Below are positions 27,738-37,754 of a stretch of DNA of 64,000 nucleotides, piece by piece. The stretch is from positions 806,099-870,098 of the forward strand of contig MEWB01000001.1 in the NCBI GenBank assembly GCA_001773215.1. The letters run 5' to 3'. Under the pieces are notes generated by a model that did no database searches, was not told the DNA's origin, and saw nothing but the letters and a program-made list of their open reading frames with translations. This stretch comes from a candidate division WWE3 bacterium RIFOXYC1_FULL_40_10. Lineage in GTDB: Bacteria > Patescibacteriota > WWE3 > UBA101185 > UBA10185. The position numbers and the translations under genes were made by a program. Each line of letters opens with the position of its first letter. Position 1 is the stretch's first letter.

Positions 27738-30700
27738 TTATTTACAAGCGTTTAGTATCTCGCTTATTTTGCCCCCTGCTGCGTAAACAGCATAATCCGG
27801 GTTGCCGCTATTGTATTCACCCTCAAGGTATACCGGCCAATAATTAAGTGATTTCATGGCTCCTGCCGTTATTTCCCAAGAACCGGGACCCATTCCCATC
27901 CAACTATCGTAATTGCAGGTGTTAGGTGCATCTCCCATCACCTGCTCACTAGCGTATCTTTCTGCAAAGTTTCTGATACCTGCCGCTGTAACATATGCAG
28001 AGTCTAGGAAGTTGCATCTGTGTGCCGTTTCTCCTCTTCCCATAGAAACCGTGTTTAATGCATCATAGGCTGTTCCGAAGGTATTTCCGGGGTCATTGCG
28101 CGTTTTAATATTTTCAAAGGCAGGCCCTGTTAGATAAAAAGGACCTTGTTCATTATAGTTTAGATCGTTACAGTAATAAGTTTTTCCGTTGCGTGTTTTC
28201 ACGTATTTGTCTAAGCTCGACCACCAGGGAGTTGTTCCAACCTGAATCGAGCTTAAACTCCAAATCAGATTTTGCTCTTCTCTACTGATATTGCTGGCAA
28301 GGCTGATACGGCTTTCCGGTTTTGATATGTCTCCCTGTTTCCAGTAGTCCGCAAAGTCGTTCAACCCTCCGGTTATCTTCATCTGTGCCAATAACAGCGA
28401 TGCAGGAACCTGGAAAGCGTTTGCTGCCCCTTGAAGAACTTTTACAAAAGTTGGGGAAAACGTGTAGGTAGCAGGATCTACACCTAATGCCGTTTTGCAG
28501 GCTGCTGTGTTTAAAGCTGAAAGTCCACATCCCGGAACGAGTTTGTCCAGATCAGCCTCTGCAGGATTAGGGACATCTTTAAGTGAGCAATCCCATCCAT
28601 AATCAAGAGTGTTGGTAGAACAAACATTTGGAGTAGGATATTCGATATCAGGTGCGTATCTTCCGTCTGTCGCGTATTCCTGCATTTCCTGGTATTTAAC
28701 TCCTGATCCGGGGGCCTTATCCTTTTCAACACCAATTGGTGTAGTTCTCTGCTCTGTTCCTGCTACATCTTCCGCGGTAGACATTGCAGGTATATTAAAT
28801 CCCCCTGCAACCATAGTTACGTCGATGGGCATACAATAACTTGGGTCGTCACTCACCGGGCAGTACTCACCTACTTCTCCAATAGATCTCGGGTTTTTCA
28901 ATGCCAGGTACTCGGCTCCAAGCATGGACTCTGTGTAAGGGTAGTCATCCGGTTCTTCTTCTGTCTCTGTAGCGTCCGATGCCTGCTCATTTTCTGCATT
29001 TTGTCTTTGTGGCACAATATCCATAGTAGCCATCATTTCGGCCGAGCCATCACACTCTTTAAATTTGCCCTGTGCCCCAAACGGCCCTGCTACTTGAACG
29101 GTGCAATAAACTTCATCTGATACATACCAGGCGTTAGGACACTGATACTGTTTCCCGGGTTCCGAGTTACCGTTCTTATCTTCGCACTCGCCTGTTGCAC
29201 AGCATTCATTTGTCCCTGCCAAGCAGTTTTGCGGCGAGGGGGTATCACCTTTACAGGTGCTGGCGCATATATTGCCGGGATCTCCACTTCCGCAGCCACT
29301 TTCACAGCAAACACTCACGTTTTCGTTACCCTCACCATTTACCGGACAACACGTGTGATCACATTCCTTATCGCAACTTTTTCCCTCCGGAGCTTTATCT
29401 ATTAGAGTTGTTTTTTGTTTCCAGGCACAATACACCCATTCGAATTTATTGCAGCTGCTTTCGTTTACACCGTCCCCTGGCTTTTTACAGTCAACCGGTC
29501 TGCAAGTCCTGCTTATAGGTACATTGGGTCCCATTTTCTCTCCATTGATTGTAACTTCTCTTCCTATGTTTATGTCCTCCGTGAAAGGCAGTTTTTTATC
29601 ATCCTCATCAGAGCCCGCGTCCTCATCCCCGCAGTATTCATTCATTGGTATTACCGTCCCAAACTTTTCTGCCACTTTTGAGCTATGGTCTTCTCCTCTA
29701 GGTTTGTTGCTGTTATCTCCGAGCCCATTTCCCCAAGGATAACAGTAATTTTCTCCCCAAGGGGATACGACCCTATCATCTTTAATTTGTGTTTTAAAGG
29801 TAGAGTCATTGGCGGGTAACGGAAAGAATTTAGCAAAACTTTCCTCAGTTACAGCTTCATAAACACTTCCCCCATCCTCAGTTTCTATGTGATTGTAGTT
29901 GACAATAAAGTTATCCATTGGTTCAGGACGTAACTCAGCAATTGTCCCGCCTCTGTCGAAGAAGTTCTTGTATTTGGCTGTTTTACCTTGTAACAAAAGG
30001 AGAAACTGTTCAATAACGGTAAATCCGCTTACCTTTATTTCTCCACTACCTGCAGAAGCATTCATTACTGCATCATACAGATGCGTTCCTGCGCTTTTAG
30101 CCTTTTCTAGTAAGTCCCCATCCAGTTCAAGAAGCTTTTCAGATCTATTAATTGCTGCGGTGGTGTATCTGATATCCGAGGTTCCCATCGAGGCGGGGTC
30201 AGTTGGAGGTGCAGGGGTATTCGCTTGAGGATTTTGCAAATAGTGATGTTCGTCCAGTTGTACTACACCTGTTTCATCATCTATATATTCATTTGATCTA
30301 TAAAATTCCAATTCGTTATCCTTACTTATAATTATCGAATTAATCTTATCCTTTAAATTGTTAGCATTAGAAAGCATGCAGTAGGTTTGAATTTCGCCTC
30401 CAAACTTAACCAGGGGATAATCTTCTCTATATAGTAAGTCTGTGAATGCGGGGTCGTCTTTTACACCAAAGCCCATGGTGGTGGTGTCGGTAAACTTGGG
30501 ATCTATCGGATAGCTTTCCTGGGATACAGTAAGCCCTTCTGCGTCGGAGATATCTTTTATATTTGATGAAATTTGTGCCCCAAAAGTTACCGAGCCCTTT
30601 CCTTCTTCTGGGTTTGAAGCGGGGTCGTTTTTGTAGCCACCAAAAACAATAGCATTGCCGCTTTTTAAGGGATCTTGGCTTTCCATTAGGGCACCTAGCG

Positions 30701-32300
30701 GATCGCTCTTTGATGGATCTGCGGGGTTTGCTTGATAAGAAGACCCTACAATGCCGTAGGTGCTGGATGAAAGTGCGGTGCCTGCCTTGGCGCTGTAATA
30801 CATTAGCATTTCAGGGCTCCAATAGTCGCTTCCCAAAGAGCACTCGCCGCCGCCGCAATCCGGATCCCACGGTTTTTTAATTTGGCTAATTTTCACTTCT
30901 TCGTCAGTATCAGGCTTAACGCAAATCACAGGGTCATACCCGGTTTCAACGTAATATTTATCCCAAATATCTTCAAAAGTGTTATAGCTGCTTAAGGACA
31001 CCCCGGGTCCTGTTGTAGTCATTTCGCTTCGATATTCTTCAGTGTCCTTTGTGGGGTCAGGAAGGTCCTCCGGATTAACTCCGTAATTTATTCCAAAAGG
31101 ATCAGTGCACTTTTTGTATGTTTCACAACTTATTCTTGGGAAAGTGTCGGGATCTAGGAACTTTCTTATCTTTATTCCCAAGCCCTCATTTTCCTGTAAA
31201 CACATTCCAAAATGTGTTTGATTAAAGGCATAAGTAGCATTTGGATTTTGGGCATATCCAACCAATTCTAATCTAAAAGTCATTTCCCGTGGAAATAGCA
31301 TAACCGCCTTAGCAGGTAATGCCGGGTAGAATGACTCAATTACATAAGGTTTCGCCTTATTTTCACCTTCTATGCCTCTAGTGTAAGTGTCCAGCTCGTA
31401 TTTATCAGGGTCGCCGGTATCACACATGTTTTTCCACCAAATATCTTGACTTCGCCTGTCATATGTTAATGTTTTGCAGTCTTTTGACCAAAAGGAACCC
31501 TGATGGACAGATCCGGAGTTTGCTGCCCCCGCTATTACACTTGGCACTTTAGCAAAAATGTCCTCATAGTTATTTGGCGTAAACCTTTGGTCAGCCCTTT
31601 TTACGCCGCCTACAAAAGTGGTCTCTATTACTGTTTGATTCTTTTTAGCTTCTGATATTTCAACTGTAGACGGCACCTTTCCGGTTCCTTGGTTTCCCAT
31701 GTCGCAGTTAATATGAACGTTACCCTTTAGGTCCATTATGCGAAATATTGATGGGGCAGGAGGAGGTGTGGCTGGGTCCCGGACAGCTATATCATTCGGG
31801 CATCTGGAGTAAATACTAAGATACGGATAGCTTTGAGTGGAATCCAAGCGGATGATGTCATCTAAATCATAAGTGCCGTCTTCCCGCTCGCAAGCCGTAA
31901 CTAAGTATCTAATTTGCTGGCCGCCGACTACTCTCATTGGGCAGTAAAAATAACCGTCTTCGTTCGAATAAGTAGAACAATAAGGGTGAATGATGTTGCC
32001 GTCTAGCTTACATGTAGGCGAGGAAGGATCACATTCGTATATAAACACAGATACGTTTGGGACACCCTTATGTGACATTTGCATATTCCCTGACGCGGCA
32101 GACATAGCCTCGTCTTCTTCAAAAGCTTCTTCAGGATCGTGGCTTCGAATAATCCCGCATACAGAATTTTCATTTCCATTTGCCGGTTTAGGGCACCTTG
32201 AGCCTTCAATAAATTGGGAATCGTACATATTTTCGGCTAGGGTTTGTGTTCCAAACGCAAACAACAGGAATAATGTAACTAAAACCGCTTTATATTTCAT
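27738..32300 (-). CDS. Giant 1,520-aa secreted Cys-rich protein (signal peptide, no TM) with a C-terminal globular domain of uncertain type, possibly lysozyme/transglycosylase-like
   Basis: Signal peptide MKYKAVLVTLFLLFAFGTQTLA; central module SCDKECDHTCCPVNGEGNENVSVCCESGCG homologous to the module in the 1,525-aa neighbour; C-terminal 'VPASLLLAQMKITGGLN' weakly SLT-like but lacks the catalytic Glu. Confidence 0.5.
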   Translation of the reverse strand: MKYKAVLVTLFLLFAFGTQTLAENMYDSQFIEGSRCPKPANGNENSVCGIIRSHDPEEAFEEDEAMSAASGNMQMSHKGVPNVSVFIYECDPSSPTCKLDGNIIHPYCSTYSNEDGYFYCPMRVVGGQQIRYLVTACEREDGTYDLDDIIRLDSTQSYPYLSIYSRCPNDIAVRDPATPPPAPSIFRIMDLKGNVHINCDMGNQGTGKVPSTVEISEAKKNQTVIETTFVGGVKRADQRFTPNNYEDIFAKVPSVIAGAANSGSVHQGSFWSKDCKTLTYDRRSQDIWWKNMCDTGDPDKYELDTYTRGIEGENKAKPYVIESFYPALPAKAVMLFPREMTFRLELVGYAQNPNATYAFNQTHFGMCLQENEGLGIKIRKFLDPDTFPRISCETYKKCTDPFGINYGVNPEDLPDPTKDTEEYRSEMTTTGPGVSLSSYNTFEDIWDKYYVETGYDPVICVKPDTDEEVKISQIKKPWDPDCGGGECSLGSDYWSPEMLMYYSAKAGTALSSSTYGIVGSSYQANPADPSKSDPLGALMESQDPLKSGNAIVFGGYKNDPASNPEEGKGSVTFGAQISSNIKDISDAEGLTVSQESYPIDPKFTDTTTMGFGVKDDPAFTDLLYREDYPLVKFGGEIQTYCMLSNANNLKDKINSIIISKDNELEFYRSNEYIDDETGVVQLDEHHYLQNPQANTPAPPTDPASMGTSDIRYTTAAINRSEKLLELDGDLLEKAKSAGTHLYDAVMNASAGSGEIKVSGFTVIEQFLLLLQGKTAKYKNFFDRGGTIAELRPEPMDNFIVNYNHIETEDGGSVYEAVTEESFAKFFPLPANDSTFKTQIKDDRVVSPWGENYCYPWGNGLGDNSNKPRGEDHSSKVAEKFGTVIPMNEYCGDEDAGSDEDDKKLPFTEDINIGREVTINGEKMGPNVPISRTCRPVDCKKPGDGVNESSCNKFEWVYCAWKQKTTLIDKAPEGKSCDKECDHTCCPVNGEGNENVSVCCESGCGSGDPGNICASTCKGDTPSPQNCLAGTNECCATGECEDKNGNSEPGKQYQCPNAWYVSDEVYCTVQVAGPFGAQGKFKECDGSAEMMATMDIVPQRQNAENEQASDATETEEEPDDYPYTESMLGAEYLALKNPRSIGEVGEYCPVSDDPSYCMPIDVTMVAGGFNIPAMSTAEDVAGTEQRTTPIGVEKDKAPGSGVKYQEMQEYATDGRYAPDIEYPTPNVCSTNTLDYGWDCSLKDVPNPAEADLDKLVPGCGLSALNTAACKTALGVDPATYTFSPTFVKVLQGAANAFQVPASLLLAQMKITGGLNDFADYWKQGDISKPESRISLASNISREEQNLIWSLSSIQVGTTPWWSSLDKYVKTRNGKTYYCNDLNYNEQGPFYLTGPAFENIKTRNDPGNTFGTAYDALNTVSMGRGETAHRCNFLDSAYVTAAGIRNFAERYASEQVMGDAPNTCNYDSWMGMGPGSWEITAGAMKSLNYWPVYLEGEYNSGNPDYAVYAAGGKISEILNACK

Positions 32301-32368
32301 AAATCAGTCTAAATTATAACCTACGGCTATTCGATACCAAAGGCCTTTTAACCTGATAGAATAACGGT

Positions 32369-32836
32369 ATGGCATTACTATTAGTAAAAAATAGAAAAGC
32401 ACTGTTCGACCACAGCCTTGTTGAAAAATACACGGCCGGTATTGTATTGGAAGGATACGAGGTTAAAGCGATAAAAGAAGGGAAAGCCAACTTCGAAGGA
32501 TCTTATGTGAGGATACTCGACGGAGAGCCTTTCGTTGTGAATATGTACATAGGAAAATACTCAGCCCAAAGCCAGCCTTTTGAGGAATTGAGAGCCAGGG
32601 AGAGTCGCAAATTGCTATTAAACGGCAAAGAAATTGAGGAAATATATAAAGAGTTAGATCAAAAAGGGAAAACCGCAGTTCCACTAGCCTTAATTTTAGA
32701 CAACAATCGAATTAAGCTTGAGTTTGCTATCGTTAAAGGGCGCAAGGACTATGAGAAAAAAGCAGTAGCTAAGGAAAAGCAGGTTTTAAAAGATTTAGAA
32801 AGAGAATCGAAAGAGGTACGCAAGCTGGTTTTTTGA
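32369..32836 (+). CDS. smpB: SsrA-binding protein SmpB
   Basis: KALFDHSLVEKYTAGIVLEGYEVKAIKEGKANFEGSYV conserved SmpB core. Confidence 0.85.
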   Translation: MALLLVKNRKALFDHSLVEKYTAGIVLEGYEVKAIKEGKANFEGSYVRILDGEPFVVNMYIGKYSAQSQPFEELRARESRKLLLNGKEIEEIYKELDQKGKTAVPLALILDNNRIKLEFAIVKGRKDYEKKAVAKEKQVLKDLERESKEVRKLVF

Positions 32837-32848
32837 TAATATTAATTA

Positions 32849-33901
32849 ATGCCTAATGAAACATTTGAATCTCCAAGACACGAAATTGATCTAAGCTCTT
32901 ACTCGGAGAAAGAATTAATAGATCCTTTTAGATATTCACATAGAAAGCTAGCTCCCCAGGAGGAGGATCACCTTAAGAGGGAAATGCTCTCGCGTATCAG
33001 TGACCCAAAGAAACTGGATGCTTTGTTGGATGAACTCACTCTTAGTTCTGCTGGTTCAGACGGTATTGGGAGAAAATATCCGTTTAATGTTAATAAAGAA
33101 AAACTCGAAGGCTTGAGAAAGATGATAGATCAGGAATTGGACAAGCGTTATGGTATCGACGCAAAAACAGGTGCTCCTTTGGGGACTGAGAATAAGGAGG
33201 AAGATACAATGTACCAATGGTGGCCTAGTAGTGAAGATTTAGCTGCGGCGGATGAAGATGAGAGAGAGCGGTTTATGGATGCTAGAAGGGCAGCTATGCC
33301 GAAAGGTATTGCCCAGCGACAGAAATTTATTAAAAAACAGGGGTTAGAACCAGGGGATGAGAGGCTTGACGGGAATAAAAGAAAACCGGCAAGAGTTACA
33401 CTAAAAAAACATAAACAACCCTTTGATGATGGTGATCACTACGATCCTACTGCTGTTAAGCAGAAAGTAATAAAGCAGGCTCACGGGGAGGAAGTTGTGG
33501 AGTCACTAGCTGATTCCAGGGAAAAAGAATCGCAAATGAGTCAGGAGGACATGTATGCAGAGGATGAAACAGAGCCCTCTTATAATCTTAGGAGAGATTT
33601 TATTTCAGGGATGAAGGAGGCGGATAAAGATAGCTGGTTGAAGCCGTGGAGGGATGGTAACCTGGAGGGCCCACTGAGTTGGAAAGCTGCTACGGAAGAC
33701 AGCATGCAGGAGCCTCAAGCCGAAACGGATAGTTTTGATGCAAGTGATGAAGACTATATGAAGGGGACGAAAATGTCCAAAACCGGAGATCCAGAAGAAT
33801 TTGACCTGTACCGCACAATAGGAAAAAGGGGTTTGGAGCCTGAGATGCGGGCTCGTAAGGGCAGAAGGGTGCCTCAAGGTGAAATAACCACCCTCGTGTA
33901 A
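32849..33901 (+). CDS. Highly charged, likely disordered hypothetical protein
   Basis: 350-aa ORF rich in E/D/K/R, no hydrophobic segments. Confidence 0.45.
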   Translation: MPNETFESPRHEIDLSSYSEKELIDPFRYSHRKLAPQEEDHLKREMLSRISDPKKLDALLDELTLSSAGSDGIGRKYPFNVNKEKLEGLRKMIDQELDKRYGIDAKTGAPLGTENKEEDTMYQWWPSSEDLAAADEDERERFMDARRAAMPKGIAQRQKFIKKQGLEPGDERLDGNKRKPARVTLKKHKQPFDDGDHYDPTAVKQKVIKQAHGEEVVESLADSREKESQMSQEDMYAEDETEPSYNLRRDFISGMKEADKDSWLKPWRDGNLEGPLSWKAATEDSMQEPQAETDSFDASDEDYMKGTKMSKTGDPEEFDLYRTIGKRGLEPEMRARKGRRVPQGEITTLV

Positions 33902-33941
33902 AAAAAGATCCATAGGATATGTATATAAATCCTATGGATCT
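33899..33941 (-). terminator. Terminator: perfect 13-bp inverted repeat with 10-nt loop, T-run on the minus strand
   Basis: AGATCCATAGGAT-N10-ATCCTATGGATCT at 33906-33941; A6 on plus (T-run for the minus-strand gene 33951..35573). Confidence 0.6.
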
Positions 33942-33950
33942 AGAGTCTGG

Positions 33951-35573
33951 CTACTTACCGGTGCTCACATCGACATTAATGTTTCCCTGTGTACACACGC
34001 TTGCGGGAACGGCCGTCCAATCTATAGTGATCAATCCGGCGGAGGCTAAAAGAATCAGCTCCTCGCAGGATACCCCGTCTTCCAAGTTCACCAAGGCTTT
34101 GATCATATTCAGGGTTTGCTCAAACTCCGCAGCTTGAGCCATTACCATCTGAAGTCTGGCTTCGGATGCAGCTTTTTCAGCCTCGGCAATCTTAATAGCG
34201 TCCTGCTGTTTTTGCAGGGCTAATTCAGATTCTGCCGCCGCAGTACGCAAAGCATCGTCATTAAAATTGCGGCTTCTGATGTTAACGTAGGTGATGATCA
34301 ACGGAATACCTTTTCCGTCGATACCCTCTTGGATTTTTTTCTGAGTCCTACTTTCACACTCAGCCTTTCCTTCGGGGCTTTCCAGTTGCTCCTGGTTCAT
34401 ACCAGAGCACACGGAACGCAGATTGTCGCGTGTTGGGCCCTCGACGTTGTCGATAACGGCTTTAATGAGATCTCCAAAATTTCTGAACATCTCAAGTTTC
34501 GCCGGACTGCCTTTTGGATCCAATACCCGCACTCCAACATCCACGTTGAATTCTGCTTGCCGATCACTGTCTGCAAAATTAATGCGGGTGATAACAGTTC
34601 CGCATTGAATAGGTGCCGATTGACATGCCGTATCGTAGTTTTCGTCGAACACTTTTGTATCAAGCGTTCTGTAACGAAGCTCCTCTAGGGTATAAATCTT
34701 TGTGAGGATAGGCACGGTATTAAAATGAGTGCCCGGGGATAGATACACCACGGTTCCGTCACTCTCGACGAAGATGCCGAATTGGCTAGACCCGACTTGT
34801 ACCGCTTTGTCCAGATTCCACCGGGATTTCATTTCCTCCATGTATACCCCAGGATTGGGAATCCGGAACTCATACTTGCCGTCATTGGTCATTCTCCAGG
34901 CGAGTTCATCGACTCCGACGACCAGGTAAGGTTCTACTTGCCAGTTCTTCATGAACTGATCAGGGTAGATGCCCGGAGCGTTAAGTATTTGAATAGTACC
35001 ATCGGTTTTCTGATTCCATGCCAGTTGTCCCTGCTCAATTTTTAATGCATGCTCTATTTCCCATCCTTCAATGGGAACTCGATAGCACTCTGTTTGGGCA
35101 ATTCGAACAATCATTTTGCCGGGTTCATTTTCTTTCGCCAAATACTCATATTGGTATGCGATTTGACCCGGTCTTAGGCACAAAGCATCTTTGATCAGTA
35201 ATTCGTCGTCCCCCTGGGGGATATTTTTGTATACCCTTGGGGGCAAATTGACAGGCTTGCCTTGGTAATGAATGACACCAATTTGGAAGGTGCCGACTTT
35301 AAGTCGATTCACCTGCTGGTATCCGGCAGTTTGCTTTGAGGAGGAAATATACTTAGCATCTCCCCAGATCTCAACAAATTTTGCCAGATCAGCATCATCC
35401 AAGGTTACTGGATCCCTGCCGTTCAAGAAAGTTTTCAGAGCCGCTACGCTTTCAATAGACTCGTAGCTATCCTGCACCTTCACGTAGAAGGTTTCCACTT
35501 TAGCGGTACAGGCCGCTAAAAGCATGTTAATCAATATCACAACCACAATAAAAAACCGTGCTTTGTTTTTCAT
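33951..35573 (-). CDS. Secreted lipoprotein, hypothetical (C-terminal Ala/Glu-rich helical segment)
   Basis: Start refined to MKNKARFFIVVVILINMLLAAC (lipobox) with AAGGAG SD 7 nt upstream. Confidence 0.5.
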   Translation of the reverse strand: MKNKARFFIVVVILINMLLAACTAKVETFYVKVQDSYESIESVAALKTFLNGRDPVTLDDADLAKFVEIWGDAKYISSSKQTAGYQQVNRLKVGTFQIGVIHYQGKPVNLPPRVYKNIPQGDDELLIKDALCLRPGQIAYQYEYLAKENEPGKMIVRIAQTECYRVPIEGWEIEHALKIEQGQLAWNQKTDGTIQILNAPGIYPDQFMKNWQVEPYLVVGVDELAWRMTNDGKYEFRIPNPGVYMEEMKSRWNLDKAVQVGSSQFGIFVESDGTVVYLSPGTHFNTVPILTKIYTLEELRYRTLDTKVFDENYDTACQSAPIQCGTVITRINFADSDRQAEFNVDVGVRVLDPKGSPAKLEMFRNFGDLIKAVIDNVEGPTRDNLRSVCSGMNQEQLESPEGKAECESRTQKKIQEGIDGKGIPLIITYVNIRSRNFNDDALRTAAAESELALQKQQDAIKIAEAEKAASEARLQMVMAQAAEFEQTLNMIKALVNLEDGVSCEELILLASAGLITIDWTAVPASVCTQGNINVDVSTGK

Positions 35574-35719
35574 TCGACTCTCCTTGTCGTAATAAAAGGA
35601 TAATCCTCTAAACAGAGGAATTTGGGCTATTTTACAGCATTCTGTGAGCCCAGTCAACCTATAGGGTTGAACTACCGCCTGATAAATGCTAGAATTCGAT
35701 CACTTTACAAAGGAGAGTT

Positions 35720-36052
35720 GTGATGAAAAATTACACAAAGTCGTTGTTGATTCTAGTACTAGTAGGCATTCTTGTGTCGTGTGTCCCGGGTCCTATCGAT
35801 TCGATATCTCAGGCTACGCGCGTTCCAAAGGAAGATGTTAGGACTTATGAGCCGTTTATGGCAGGATATACTGCCTACAACGTTCCTGTGACGGATCTCT
35901 CGGGGTTTTCAAGTTCTTATAATTCGTTGCTCATGGTCGTATTTGTTCCGAACTTCAGCACAACAGGCCCGACATTGCAGTGTGTGTTTATGAAAGTATA
36001 CTCTGGCGGCGGTCCTTCCTGTGTAGTTCTGCAAGCAACATCAGACCGATAA
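35720..36052 (+). CDS. Small secreted/lipoprotein, hypothetical
   Basis: AAGGAG SD; signal peptide LVGILVSC. Confidence 0.5.
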   Translation: MMKNYTKSLLILVLVGILVSCVPGPIDSISQATRVPKEDVRTYEPFMAGYTAYNVPVTDLSGFSSSYNSLLMVVFVPNFSTTGPTLQCVFMKVYSGGGPSCVVLQATSDR

Positions 36053-36074
36053 TTTTAAATCCCCAAGCGGATAT

Positions 36075-37145
36075 CTAGTTTTCTGCTTGGGGTATTTTTG
36101 CGGCCAATTGCCCGCAACCCCCTTCTATTCCAACTCCGAAGCTTTGTCTTAAAGTGTTTTGAATGCCAAGTTTATCCAGAGTTTTCGTAAATATTTCTAC
36201 TCTTTTTGTGGAAGGGGTATTAAAGTGCTTTTCCGTTTGGCCAGGGTGAAATCTTATTAAATTAACATGATACAAGTAACTTTTTTCGCCTTGCTTTTTA
36301 ATTAGTCTAGCAAGTTCTTCGGCATGCCCAATAGAATCATTCACATTTTCAAGCAAAATATATGCAATAAACACCCGTTTGTTAGTTTTCTCGACGAATT
36401 CTTTTAGAGATAACATAACATCATTTATAGGATACATTTTTGTGATTGGCATCAGCTCCAACCTTTGTTCATCGAAAGGGGAGTGTAGGCTAAATGCCAG
36501 TTTTACCTCGGGAAATTCTTGTTGCAGTCTTTTTATGCCCGGAATAATCCCCACAGTTGAAACACTAACGTGTCTTTTTCCAAATCCCAAGCCTTCTTTG
36601 CTCGTAATTATCTTTAAAGCATCAAAAACGTTTGGATTGGCAAATGGCTCCCCCATGCCCATAAATAGAATATTGTTAATTTCCTGGCCATTACCCAAGA
36701 AGAACAGTATTTGGTCGGTTATTTCATCTACAGATAAGTTTCGCGTAAAACCAAGTTTCCCTGTGGTACAAAAAGTACATCCTAAAGCGCATCCCACCTG
36801 TGAGGATATGCACAAGGAATTATGAACGTAATCTCGGGAATCATTTGGTTGAAATGACATTAAAACTGCTTCAATTTTACAACCGTCTGTTGTTTGGAAT
36901 AGCACTTTGGTTGCCTGCTCCTCTTTTGATTCTGTAACTTTTGTGAGTGTTAGCGCCGAATCTCCCATTTCCGACACCAAGTTATTACGCAGTTCCAAGG
37001 GAAGCGATGTCATGGCCGAATAGGAAAACTTGTAGTTTTTATATATTTCTCCCAATATCTGCTTACCCCGATAAGAGGGGGAATTTGTTTTGGTCAATAT
37101 TTCTGCTATTTTGGTAGCTCTTGTGCGTAACAATTCAATTTCCAT
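36075..37145 (-). CDS. rlmN: 23S rRNA/tRNA (adenine-C2)-methyltransferase RlmN (radical SAM)
   Basis: CxxxCxxC radical-SAM motif CALGCTFC within GCALGCTFCTTGKLGFTRNLSVDEI; RlmN/Cfr family layout. Confidence 0.8.
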   Translation of the reverse strand: MEIELLRTRATKIAEILTKTNSPSYRGKQILGEIYKNYKFSYSAMTSLPLELRNNLVSEMGDSALTLTKVTESKEEQATKVLFQTTDGCKIEAVLMSFQPNDSRDYVHNSLCISSQVGCALGCTFCTTGKLGFTRNLSVDEITDQILFFLGNGQEINNILFMGMGEPFANPNVFDALKIITSKEGLGFGKRHVSVSTVGIIPGIKRLQQEFPEVKLAFSLHSPFDEQRLELMPITKMYPINDVMLSLKEFVEKTNKRVFIAYILLENVNDSIGHAEELARLIKKQGEKSYLYHVNLIRFHPGQTEKHFNTPSTKRVEIFTKTLDKLGIQNTLRQSFGVGIEGGCGQLAAKIPQAEN

Positions 37146-37212
37146 TGGGGAGATTATACCAGTAAATATAAAAAAACCGCTGGAGTAATAAGTTCCAGCG
37201 GTTAGAACACTA

Positions 37213-37638
37213 TCAATATACTTTTTCTATCCGTAAGGTGCGTATTTCCCCCTCAACTTGGATATGAGTGTGATATTCCCATTCACTTTCCTCGAACATA
37301 GTCTGTCTGAAGCGGAGCAAAGCAATGCATAACACGCCCCCGCCATGGCCATCTGAATCATCCAAAACAATCTCAACAGGCTTTCCGTTTTCATCGAATC
37401 TAATGGCTATCTTTGCTTGTTGGTTAAAAACGTTTTCGAATAAATTAGCTTGCTTCTCGACGGGTGTTGTAAGCAGAAACCTTCTTACTGCGGCCCGATT
37501 GTCCACCAGTTCGATCCCGGTTGTCTTGTCCCCCACATAACATCTAAGTGGTCTTCCCGCGCATTCTCCGGGTGACACTACCTGCAACACATCTTTACCG
37601 AACAGAAACATTCTTGCAACAAAGGGTTTTAATTTCAT
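37213..37638 (-). CDS. Hypothetical protein
   Basis: Start refined to MKLKPFVARMF with GGAGG SD. Confidence 0.45.
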   Translation of the reverse strand: MKLKPFVARMFLFGKDVLQVVSPGECAGRPLRCYVGDKTTGIELVDNRAAVRRFLLTTPVEKQANLFENVFNQQAKIAIRFDENGKPVEIVLDDSDGHGGGVLCIALLRFRQTMFEESEWEYHTHIQVEGEIRTLRIEKVY

Positions 37639-37754
37639 GCTACCTCCAGAGTTATATGTATTATAGGTTATTATTACAGAAAAAACAACCACGCTTTGAC
37701 GAGCCGATAGTATTTGTAGTATAATCCATCTAATTCAAATAAAGGAGGTCTATT

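Noticed and set aside
28282-30228. Plus- and minus-strand short ORFs within the 1,520-aa gene (for example 29195..29518, 29899..30228)
   Set aside because: They are antisense or out-of-frame inside a giant ORF. No independent signals support them.
33951-35657. Longer N-terminal extension (MTGLTECCK...) of the lipoprotein gene
   Set aside because: The internal ATG at 35573 has an AAGGAG SD and starts a canonical lipoprotein signal peptide. The upstream extension lacks both.
36379-36825. 148-aa plus-strand ORF inside rlmN
   Set aside because: It is antisense to the radical-SAM gene with conserved motifs, so it is spurious.
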